64,000 nt of DNA. Origin: Eledone cirrhosa (lineage: Eukaryota). The translations under genes were made by a program, and so were the position numbers. Shown here piece after piece: positions 1 to 10,028 of the stretch. Each line of letters begins with the position of its first letter. Position 1 is the stretch's first letter. Below the pieces are notes generated by a model. The model did no database searches. It worked only from the letters and a program-made list of their open reading frames with translations, and was not told the DNA's origin. The DNA is taken from the NCBI GenBank assembly GCA_964016885.1, contig OZ024744.1, forward strand, positions 134,788,001 to 134,852,000, in the 5' to 3' direction.

Positions 1-985
1 TGGGGTTAAGTTGGGGTTGAGTTAAGTTGGGGTTGAGTGAAGTTGGGGTTAAGTTAAGTTGGGGTAAAGTTAAGTTGGGGTTAAGTTAAGTTGTGGTTGA
101 GTTAAGTTGGGGTTAATTTAAGTTGGGGCTAAGTTAATTTGTGGTTAAGTTAAGTTGGGGTTAAGTTAAGTTGGGGTTAAGTTAAGTTGGGGTTAAGTTA
201 AGTTGCAGTTAAGTTAAGTTGAGGTTAAGTTAAGTTGGGGTTAAGTTAAGTTGGGGTTAAGTTAAGTTGGGGTTCAGTTAAGTTGGGGTTAAGTTAAGTT
301 GGGGTTAAGATGGGGTTAAATTAAGTTGGGGTTAAGTTAAGTTGGGGTTAATTTAAGTCGGGGTTAAGTTAAGTCGGGGTTAAGTTAAGTTAGGGTTCAG
401 TTAAGTTGGGGTTAAGTTAAGTTGGGGTTGAGTTAAGTTGGGGTTGAGTTAAATTGGGGTTGAGTTAAGTTGGGGTTGAGTTAAGTTGGTGTTGAGTTAA
501 TTGGGGTTAAGTTAAGTTGGGGTTAAGTTAAGTTGCAGTTAAGTTAAGTTGAGGTTAAGTTAAGGTGCGGTTAAGTTAAGTTGGGGTTAAGTTAAGTTGG
601 GGCTAAGTTAAGTTGGGGCTAAGTTAAGTTGGGGCTAAGTTAAGTTGGGGTTAAGTTACGTTGGGGTTAATTTAAGTCGGGGTTAAGTTAAGTTGGGGTT
701 AAGTTAAGTTGGGGTTAATTTAAGTTGGGGTTAAGTTAAGTTGGGGTTAAGTTTAGTTGGGGTTAAGTTAAGTTGGGGTTAAGTTAAGTTGGGTTTAAGT
801 TAAGTTGGGGTTAAGTTAAGTTGGGGTTAAGTTAAGTTGGGGTTAAGTTAAGTTGGGGTTAAGTTAAGTTGGGGTTAAGTTAAGTTGGTTAGTTAAGTTG
901 AGTTTAAGTTAAGTTGGGGTTAATTTAAGTTGGGGTTAAGTTAAGTTGGGGTTAAGTTAAGTTGGGGTTAAGTTAAGTTGGGGTT

Positions 986-1202
986 AACCCCAACTTAACT
1001 TAACCCCAACTTAACTTAACCCCAACTTCACTCAACCCCAACGTAACTCAACCCCAACTTAACTTAACCCCAACTTCACTCAACCCCAACTTAACTTAAC
1101 CCCAACTTCACTCAACCCCAACTTAAGTCAACCCCAACTTAACTTAACCCCAACTTGACTTAACCCCAACTTAACTTAGCCCCAACTTAACTTAAGCCCA
1201 AA
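986..1202 (-). repeat. Inverted-monomer cassette 1 (class A, contains AACTTAAGTCAACC)
   Basis: GGGGTT|AACCCC at 985/986, then (AACCCCAACTTAACTT)n, ending CTTAAGCCCAAAGTC. Confidence 0.95.
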
Positions 1203-2124
1203 GTCGGGGTTGAGTTAAGTTGGCGTTAAGTTAAGTTAGGCTTAACTTAAGTTGGGGGTAAGTTAAGTTGGGGGTAAGTTAAGTTGGGGTTAAGTTAAGT
1301 TGCGGTTAAGTTGGGGTTAAGTTAAGTTAGGGTTAAGTTAAGTTGGCGTTGAGTTAAGTTGGGGTTAATTAAGTGGTGGTTATGTTAAGTTGGGGTTAAT
1401 TTAAATTGGGGTGAAGTTAACTTTGTGGTTAAGTTAAGTTGGGGTTAAGTTAAGTTGGGGTTAAGTTCGGGTTGAGTTAAGTTGGGGTTGAGTGAAGTTG
1501 GGGTTAAGTTAAGTTGGGGTAAAGTTAAGTTGGGGTTAAGTTAAGTCGGTGTTAAGTTAAGTTGTGGTTGAGTTAAGTTGGGGTTAATTTAAGTTGGGGC
1601 TAAGTTAATTTGTGGTTAAGTTAAGTTGGGGTTAAGTTAAGTTGGGGTTAAGTTAAGTTGGGGTTAAGTTAAGTTGCAGTTAAGTTAAGTTGAGGTTCAG
1701 TTAAGTTGGGGTTAAGTTAAGTTGGGGTTAAGTTAAGTTGGGGTTCAGTTAAGTTGGGGTTAAGTTAAGTTGGGGTTAAGATGGGGTTAAATTAAGTTGG
1801 GGTTAAGTTAAGTTGGGGTTAAGTTAAGTTGGGGTTAAGTTAAGTTGGGGTTAATTTAAGTCGGGGTTAAGTTAAGTCGGGGTTAAGTTAAGTTAGGGTT
1901 CAGTTAAGTTGGGGTTAAGTTAAGTTGGGGTTGAGTTAAGTTGGGGTTGAGTTAAATTGGGGTTGAGTTAAGTTGGGGTTGAGTTAAGTTGGTGTTGAGT
2001 TAAGTTGGGGTTAAGTTAAGTTGGGGTTAAGTTAAGTTGCAGTTAAGTTAAGTTGAGGTTAAGTTAAGGTGCGGTTAAGTTAAGTTGGGGTTAAGTTAAG
2101 TTGGGGCTAAGTTAAGTTGGGGTT

Positions 2125-2341
2125 AACCCCAACTTAACTTAACCCCAACTTAACTTAACCCCAACTTCACTCAACCCCAACGTAACTCAACCCCAACTTA
2201 ACTTAACCCCAACTTCACTCAACCCCAACTTAACTTAACCCCAACTTCACTCAACCCCAACTTAAGTCAACCCCAACTTAACTTAACCCCAACTTGACTT
2301 AACCCCAACTTAACTTAGCCCCAACTTAACTTAAGCCCAAA
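2125..2341 (-). repeat. Inverted cassette 2 (class A)
   Basis: Same junctions and variants as cassette 1. Confidence 0.95.
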
Positions 2342-3706
2342 GTCGGGGTTGAGTTAAGTTGGCGTTAAGTTAAGTTAGGCTTAACTTAAGTTGGGGGTAA
2401 GTTAAGTTGGGGGTAAGTTAAGTTGGGGTTAAGTTAAGTTGCGGTTAAGTTGGGGTTAAGTTAAGTTAGGGTTAAGTTAAGTTGGCGTTGAGTTAAGTTG
2501 GGGTTAATTAAGTGGTGGTTATGTTAAGTTGGGGTTAATTTAAATTGGGGTGAAGTTAACTTTGTGGTTAAGTTAAGTTGGGGTTAAGTTAAGTTGGGGT
2601 TAAGTTGGGGTTGAGTTAAGTTGGGGTTGAGTGAAGTTGGGGTTAAGTTAAGTTGGGGTAAAGTTAAGTTGGGGTTAAGTTAAGTCGGGGTTAAGTTAAG
2701 TTGTGGTTGAGTTAAGTTGGGGTTAATTTAAGTTGGGGCTAAGTTAATTTGTGGTTAAGTTAAGTTGGGGTTAAGTTAAGTTGGGGTTAAGTTAAGTTGG
2801 GGTTAAGTTAAGTTGCAGTTAAGTTAAGTTGAGGTTAAGTTAAGTTGGGGTTAAGTTAAGTTGGGGTTAAGTTAAGTTGGGGCTAAGTTAAGTTGGGGCT
2901 AAGTTAAGTTGGGGTTAATTTAAGTTGGGGTTAAGTTAAGTTGGGGTTAAGTTAAGTTGGGGTTAAGTTAAGTTGGTGTTAAGTTAAGTTGGGGCTAAGT
3001 TAAGTTGAGGCTGAGTTAAGTTGGGGCTGAGTTAAGTTGGGGTTAAGTTAAGTTGGGGTTGAGTTAAGTTGGGGTTAAGTTAAGTTGGGGTCAAGTTAAG
3101 TTGGGGTTAAGTTGGGGTTAATTTAAGTTAGGTTTAAGTTAAGTTGGGGTTAAGTTAAGTTGGGGTTAAGTTAAGTTGGGGTTAAGTTAAGTTGGGGTTA
3201 AGTTAAGTCGGGGTTAAGTTAAGTTGGGGTTAAGTTAAGTTGGGGTTAATTTAAGTTGGGGTTAAGTTAAGTTGGGGTTAAGTTAAGTTGGGGTTAATTT
3301 AAGTTGGGGATAATTTAAGTTGGGGTTAAGTTAAGTTTGGGTTTAAGTTAAGTTGGGGTTAAGTTAAGTTGGGGTTAAGTTAAGTTGGGGTTAAGTTAAT
3401 TTGTGGTTAAGTTAAGTTGGGGTTAAGTTAAGTTGGGGTTGAGTTAAGTTGGGGCTGAGTTAATTTGGGGTTAAGTTAAGTTGGGGTTAAGTTGGGTTTA
3501 AGTTAAGTTGGGGTTAAATTAAGTTGGGGTTAAATTAAGTTGGGGTTAAGTTAAGTTGGGGGTAAGTTAAGTTGGGGTTAATTTAAGTTGGGGTTAATTA
3601 AGTTGGGGTTAAGTTAAGTTGGGGTTAAGTTAAGTTGGGGTTAAGTTAAGTTGGGGTCAAGTTAAGTTGGGGTTAAGTTAAGTTGGGGTTAAGTTAAGTT
3701 GGGGTT

Positions 3707-3923
3707 AACCCCAACTTAAGTTAACCCCAACTTAACTTAATACCAACTTCACTCAACCCCAACGTAACTCAACCCCAACTTAACTTAACCCCAACTTCAC
3801 TCAACCCCAACTTAACTTAACCCCAACTTCACTCAATCCCAACTTAAGTCAACCCCAACTTAACTTAACCCCAACTTGACTTAACCCCAACTTAACTTAG
3901 CCACAACTTAACTTAAGCCCAAA
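3707..3923 (-). repeat. Inverted cassette 3 (class A, AATACCAAC subtype)
   Basis: Same junctions; variants CTTAAGTTAACC and TAATACC. Confidence 0.95.
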
Positions 3924-4557
3924 GTCGGGGTTAAGTTAAGTTGGCGTTAAGTTAAGTTAGGCTTAACTTAAGTTGGGGGTAAGTTAAGTTGGGGGTAAGT
4001 TAAGTTGGGGTTAAGTTAAGTTGCGGTTAAGTTTGGGTTAAGTTAAGTTAGGGTTAAGTTAAGTTGGCGTTGAGTTAAGTTGGGGTTAATTAAGTGGTGG
4101 TTATGTTAAGTTGGGGTTAATTTAAATTGGGGTGAAGTTAACTTTGTGGTTAAGTTAAGTTGGGGTTAAGTTGGGGTTGAGTTAAGTTGGGGTTGAGTGA
4201 AGTTGGGGTTAAGTTAAGTTGGGGTAAAGTTAAGTTGGGGTTAAGTTAAGTCGGGGTTAAGTTAAGTTGTGGTTGAGTTAAGTTGGGGTTAATTTAAGTT
4301 GGGGCTAAGTTAATTTGTGGTAAAGTTAAGTTGGGGTTAAGTTAAGTTGGGGTTAAGTTAAGTTGGGGTTACGTTAAGTTGCAGTTAAGTTAAGTTGAGG
4401 TTAAGTTAAGTTGGGGTTAAGTTAAGTTGGGGTTAAGTTAAGTTGGGGTTCAGTTAAGTTGGGGTTAAGTTAAGTTGGGGTTAAGATGGGGTTAAATTAA
4501 GTTGGGGTTAAGTTAAGTTGGGGTTAAGTTAAGTTGGGGTTAAGTTAAGTTGGGGTT

Positions 4558-4774
4558 AACCCCAACTTAACTTAACCCCAACTTAACTTAACCCCAACTT
4601 CACTCAACCCCAACGTAACTCAACCCCAACTTAACTTAACCCCAACTTCACTCAACCCCAACTTAACTTAACCCCAACTTCACTCAACCCCAACTTAAGT
4701 CAACCCCAACTTAACTTAACCCCAACTTGACTTAACCCCAACTTAATTTAGCCCCAACTTAACTTAAGCCCAAA
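4558..4774 (-). repeat. Inverted cassette 4 (class A)
   Basis: Same junctions and variants. Confidence 0.95.
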
Positions 4775-6013
4775 GTCGGGGTTGAGTTAAGTTGGCGTTA
4801 AGTTAAGTTAGGCTTAACTTAAGTTGGGGGTAAGTTAAGTTGGGGGTAAGTTAAGTTGGGGTTAAGTTAAGTTGCGGTTAAGTTGGGGTTAAGTTAAGTT
4901 AGGGTTAAGTTAAGTTGGCGTTGAGTTAAGTTGGGGTTAATTAAGTGGTGGTTATGTTAAGTTGGGGTTAATTTAAATTGGGGTGAAGTTAACTTTGTGG
5001 TTAAGTTAAGTTGGGGTTAAGTTAAGTTGGGGTTAAGTTGGGGTTGAGTTAAGTTGGAGTTGAGTGAAGTTGGGGTTAAGTTAAGTTGGGGTAAAGTTAA
5101 GTTGGGGTTAAGTTAAGTCGGGGTTAAGTTAAGTTGTGGTTGAGTTAAGTTGGGGTTAATTTAAGTTGGGGCTAAGTTAATTTGTGGTTAAGTTAAGTTG
5201 GGGTTAAGTTAAGTTGGGGTTAAGTTAAGTTGGGGTTAAGTTAAGTTGCAGTTAACTTAAGTTGAGGTTCAGTTAAGTTGGGGTTAAGTTAAGTTGGGGT
5301 TAAGTTAAGTTGGGGTTCAGTTAAGTTGGGGTTAAGTTAAGTTGGGGTTAAGATGGGGTTAAATTAAGTTGGGGTTAAGTTAAGTTGGGGTTAAGTTAAG
5401 TTGGGGTTAAGTTAAGTTGGGGTTAATTTAAGTCGGGGTTAAGTTAAGTCGGGGTTAAGTTAAGTTAGGGTTCAGTTAAGTTGGGGTTAAGTTAAGTTGG
5501 GGTTGAGTTAAGTTGGGGTTGAGTTAAATTGGGGTTGAGTTAAGTTGGGGTTGAGTTAAGTTGGTGTTGAGTTAAGTTGGGGTTAAGTTAAGTTGGGGTT
5601 AAGTTAAGTTGCAGTTAAGTTAAGTTGAGGTTAAGTTAAGGTGCGGTTAAGTTAAGTTGGGGTTAAGTTAAGTTGGGGCTAAGTTAAGTTGGGGTTAAGT
5701 TACGTTGGGGTTAAGTTAAGTCGGGGTTAAGTTAAGTTGGGGTTAAGTTAAGTTGGGGTTAATTTAAGTTGGGGTTAAGTTAAGTTGGGGTTAAGTTTAG
5801 TTGGGGTTAAGTTAAGTTGGGGTTAAGTTAAGTTGGGTTTAAGTTAAGTTGGGGTTAAGTTAAGTTGGGGTCAAGTTAAGTTGGGGTTAAGTTAAGTTGG
5901 TTAGTTAAGTTGAGTTTAAGTTAAGTTGGGGTTAATTTAAGTTGGGGTTAAGTTAAGTTGGGGTTAAGTTAAGTTGGGGTTAAGTTAAGTTGGGGTTAAG
6001 TTAAGTTGGGGTT

Positions 6014-6182
6014 AACCCCAACTTAACTTAACCCCAACTTAACTTAACCCCAACTTCACTCAACCCCAACTTAACTTAACCCCAACTTCACTCAACCCAA
6101 ACTTAAGTCAACCCCAACTTAACTTAACCCCAACTTGACTTATCCCCAACTTAACTTAGCCCCAACTTAACTTAAGCCCAAA
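6014..6182 (-). repeat. Inverted cassette 5 (class A, three monomers shorter)
   Basis: Same junctions; lacks the ACGTAACTC unit. Confidence 0.95.
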
Positions 6183-9131
6183 GTCGGGGTTGAGTTAAGT
6201 TGGCGTTAAGTTAAGTTAGGCTTAACTTAAGTTGGGGGTAAGTTAAGTTGGGGGTAAGTTAAGTTGGGGTTAAGTTAAGTTGCGGTTAAGTTGGGGTTAA
6301 GTTAAGTTAGGGTTAAGTTAAGTTGGCGTTGAGTTAAGTTGGGGTTAATTAAGTGGTGGTTATGTTAAGTTGGGGTTAATTTAAATTGGGGTGAAGTTAA
6401 CTTTGTGGTTAAGTTAAGTTGGGGTTAAGTTAAGTTGGGGTTAAGTTGGGGTTGAGTTAAGTTGGGGTTGAGTGAAGTTGGGGTTAAGTTAAGTTGGGGT
6501 AAAGTTAAGTTGGGGTTAAGTTAAGTCGGGGTTAAGTTAAGTTGTGGTTGAGTTAAGTTGGGGTTAATTTAAGTTGGGGCTAAGTTAATTTGTGGTTAAG
6601 TTAAGTTGGGGTTAAGTTAAGTTGGGGTTAAGTTAAGTTGGTGTTAAGTTAAGTTGCAGTTAAGTTAAGTTGAGGTTAAGTTAAGTTGGGGTTAAGTTAA
6701 GTTGGGGTTAAGTTAAGTTGGGGCTAAGTTAAGTTGGGGCTAAGTTAAGTTGGGGCTAAGTTAAGTTGGGGTTAAGTTAAGTTGGGGTTAAGTTAAGTTG
6801 GGGTTAAGTTAAGTTGGGGTTAAGTTAAGTTGGTGTTGAGTTAAGTTGGGGCTAAGTTAAGTTGGGGCTGAGTTAAGTTGGGGCTGAGTTAAGTTGGGGT
6901 TAAGTTAAGTTGGGGTTGAGTTAAGTTGGGGTTAAGTTAAGTTGGGGTCAAGTTAAGTTGGGGTTAAGTTGGGGTTAATTTAAGTTAGGTTTAAGTTAAG
7001 TTGGGGTTAAGTTAAGTTGGGGTTAAGTTAAGTTGGGGTTAAGTTAAGTTGGGGTTAAGTTAAGTTGGGGTTAAGTTAATTTGTGGTTAAGTTAAGTTGG
7101 GGTTAAGTTAAGTTGGGGTTAAGTTAAGTTGGGGTTAAGTTAAGTCGGGGTTAAGTTAAGTTGGGGTTAAGTTAAGTTGGGGTTAATTTAAGTTGGGGTT
7201 AAGTTAAGTTGGGGTTAATTTAAGTTGGGGTTAAGTTAAGCTGGGGTTAAGTTAAGTTGGGGTTAAGTTAAGTTGGGGTTAATTTAAGTTGGGGTTAATT
7301 TAAGTCGGGGTTAAGTTAAGTTGTGGTTGAGTTAAGTTGGGGTTAATTTAAGTTGGGGCTAAGTTAATTTGTGGTTAAGTTAAGTTGGGGTTAAGTTAAG
7401 TTGGGGTTAAGTTAAGTTGGGGTTGAGTTAAGTTGGGGTTGAGTTAATTTGGGGTTAAGTTAAGTTGGGGTTAAGTTAAGTTGGGTTTAAGTTAAGTTGG
7501 GGTTAAATTAAGTTGGGGTTAAATTAAGTTGGGGTTAAGTTAAGTTGGGGTTAAGTTAAGTAGGGGGCAAGTTAAGTTGGGGTTAATTTAAGTTGGGGTT
7601 AAATTAAGTTGGGGTTACGTTAAGTTGGTGTTAAGTTAAGTTGGGGTTAATTTAAGTTGGGTTGAGTTAAGTTGGGGTTCAGTTAAGTTGGGGATAAGTT
7701 AAGTTGGGGTTAAGTTAAGTTGGGGTTAATTAAGTTGGGGTTAAGTTAAGTTGGGGTTAAGTTAAGTTGGGGCTAAGTTAAGTTGGGGCTGAGTTAAGTT
7801 GGGGCTGAGTTAAGTTGGGGTTAAGTTAAGTTGGGGTTGAGTTAAGTTGGGGTTAAGTTAAGTTGGGGTCAAGTTAAGTTGGGGTTAAGTTGGGGTTAAG
7901 TTAAGTTAGGTTTAAGTTAAGTTCGGGTTAAGTTAATTTGTGGTTTAGTTAAGTTTGGGTTAAGTTAAGTTGGGGTTAAGTTAAGTTGGGGTTAAGTTAA
8001 GTCGTGGTTAAGTTAAGTTGGGGTTAAGTTAAGTTGGAGTTAAGTTAAGTTGGGGTTAAGTTAAGTTGGGGTTAAGTTAAGTTGGGGTTAAGTTAAGTTG
8101 GGGTTAAGTTAAGTTGAGGTTAAGTTAAGTTGGGGTCAAATTAAGTTGGGGTTAAGTTAAGTTGGGGTTAAGTTAAGTTGGGGATAAGTTAAGTTGGGGA
8201 TAATTTAAGTTGGGGTTAAGTTAAGTTGGGGTTAAGTTAAGTTGGGGTTAAGTTAAGTTGGGGATAAGTTAAGTTGGGGTTAAGTTAAGTTGGGGTTAAG
8301 TTAAGTTGGGGTTAAGTTAAGTTGGGGCTAAGTTAAGTTGGGGCTGAGTTAAGTTGGGGTTAAGTTAAGTTGGGGTTAAGTTAAGTTGGGGTTAAGTTAA
8401 GTTGGGGTTAATTTAAGTTGGGGTTTATTTAAGTTGGGGTTAAGTTAAGTTGGGGTTCAGTTAAGTTGGGGTTAAGTTAAGTTGGGGTTAAATGGGGTTA
8501 AATTAAGTTGGGGTTAAGTTAAGTTGGGGTTAAGTTAACTTGGGGTTAAGTTAAGTCGGGGTTAAGTTAAGTCGGGGTTAAGTTAAGTTAGGGTTCAGTT
8601 AAGTTGGGGTTAAGTTAAGTTTGGGTTGAGTTAAGTTGGGGTTGAGTTAAATTGGGGTTGAGTTAAGTTGGGGTTGAGTTAAGTTGGTGTTGAGTTAAGT
8701 TGGGGTTAAGTTAAGTTGGGGTTAAGTTAAGTTGCAGTTAAGTTAAGTTGAGGTTAAGTTAAGGTGCGGTTAAGTTAAGTTGGGGTTAAGTTAAGTTGGG
8801 GCTAAGTTAAGTTGGGGCTAAGTTAAGTTGGGGCTAAGTTAAGTTGGGGTTAAGTTACGTTGGGGTTAAGTTAAGTCGGGGTTAAGTTAAGTTGGGGTTA
8901 AGTTAAGTTGGGGTTAATTTAAGTTGGGGTTATGTTAAGTTGTGGTTAAGTTAAGTTGGGGTTAAGTTAAGTTGGGGTTAAGTTGGGTTTAAGTTAAGTT
9001 GGGGTTAAGTTAAGTTGGGGTCAAGTTAAGTTGGGGTTAAGTTAAGTTGGTTAGTTAAGTTGAGTTTAAGTTAAGTTGGGGTTAATTTAAGTTGGGGTTA
9101 AGTTAAGTTGGGGTTAAGTTAAGTTGGGTTT

Positions 9132-9300
9132 AACCCCAACTTAAGTTAACCCCAACTTAACTTAATACCAACTTCACTCAACCCCAACGTAACTCAACCC
9201 CAACTTAACTTAACCCCAACTTCACTCAACCCCAACTTAACTTAACCCCAACTTGACTTAACCCCAACTTAACTTAGCCCCAACTTAACTTAAGCCCAAA
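9132..9300 (-). repeat. Inverted cassette 6 (short AATACCAAC subtype, imperfect left junction)
   Basis: Left junction GGGTTT|AACCCC; conserved right junction. Confidence 0.95.
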
Positions 9301-9811
9301 GTCGGGGTTAAGTTAAGTTGGCGTTAAGTTAAGTTAGGCTTAACTTAAGTTGGGGGTAAGTTAAGTTGGGGGTAAGTTAAGTTGGGGTTAAGTTAAGTTG
9401 CGGTTAAGTTGGGGTTAAGTTAAGTTAGGGTTAAGTTAAGTTGGCGTTGAGTTAAGTTGGGGTTAATTAAGTGGTGGTTATGTTAAGTTGGGGTTAATTT
9501 AAATTGGGGTGAAGTTAACTTTGTGGTTAAGTTAAGTTGGGGTTAAGTTGGGGTTGAGTTAAGTTGGGGTTGAGTGAAGTTGGGGTTAAGTTAAGTTGGG
9601 GTAAAGTTAAGTTGGGGTTAAGTTAAGTCGGGGTTAAGTTAAGTTGTGGTTGAGTTAAGTTGGGGTTAATTTAAGTTGGGGCTAAGTTAATTTGTGGTTA
9701 AGTTAAGTTGGGGTTAAGTTAAGTTGGGGTTAAGTTAAGTTGGGGTTAAGTTAAGTTGCAGTTAAGTTAAGTTGAGGTTAAGTTAAGTTGGGGTTAAGTT
9801 AAGTTGGGGTT

Positions 9812-10028
9812 AACCCCAACTTAACTTAACCCCAACTTAACTTAACCCCAACTTCACTCAACCCCAACGTAACTCAACCCCAACTTAACTTAACCCCAAC
9901 TTCACTCAACCCCAACTTAACTTAACCCCAACTTCACTCAACCCCAACTTAAGTCAACCCCAACTTAACTTAACCCCAACTTGACTTATCCCCAAATTAA
10001 CTTAGCCCCAACTTAACTTAAGCCCAAA
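9812..10028 (-). repeat. Inverted cassette 7 (class A, TATCCCCAAATT subtype)
   Basis: Same junctions; shares private variants with cassette 9. Confidence 0.95.

Noticed and set aside
390-396. TTAGGG (vertebrate-type) and TTAGGC (nematode-type, ~1236) telomere hexamers
   Set aside because: These are isolated point variants of TTGGGG, never in tandem.
980-991. Rho-independent terminator or protelomerase (hairpin telomere) target site
   Set aside because: There is no gene context, U-tract or enzyme gene, and the palindrome is fully explained by inversion of the monomer at TTAA.
943-1202. Palindromes as sequencing fold-back chimeras
   Set aside because: The inverted blocks carry variants absent from the adjacent left arm, return to the original strand at a fixed junction, and show heritable subtypes across 27 copies. 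Read chimeras would not do this.
1186-1253. Short stem between AACTTAACTTAAGCC and GGCTTAACTTAAGTT across the right junction
   Set aside because: Only the GCC/GGC match is diagnostic. Any forward monomer pairs with any inverted one, so this is too weak to call a separate structure.
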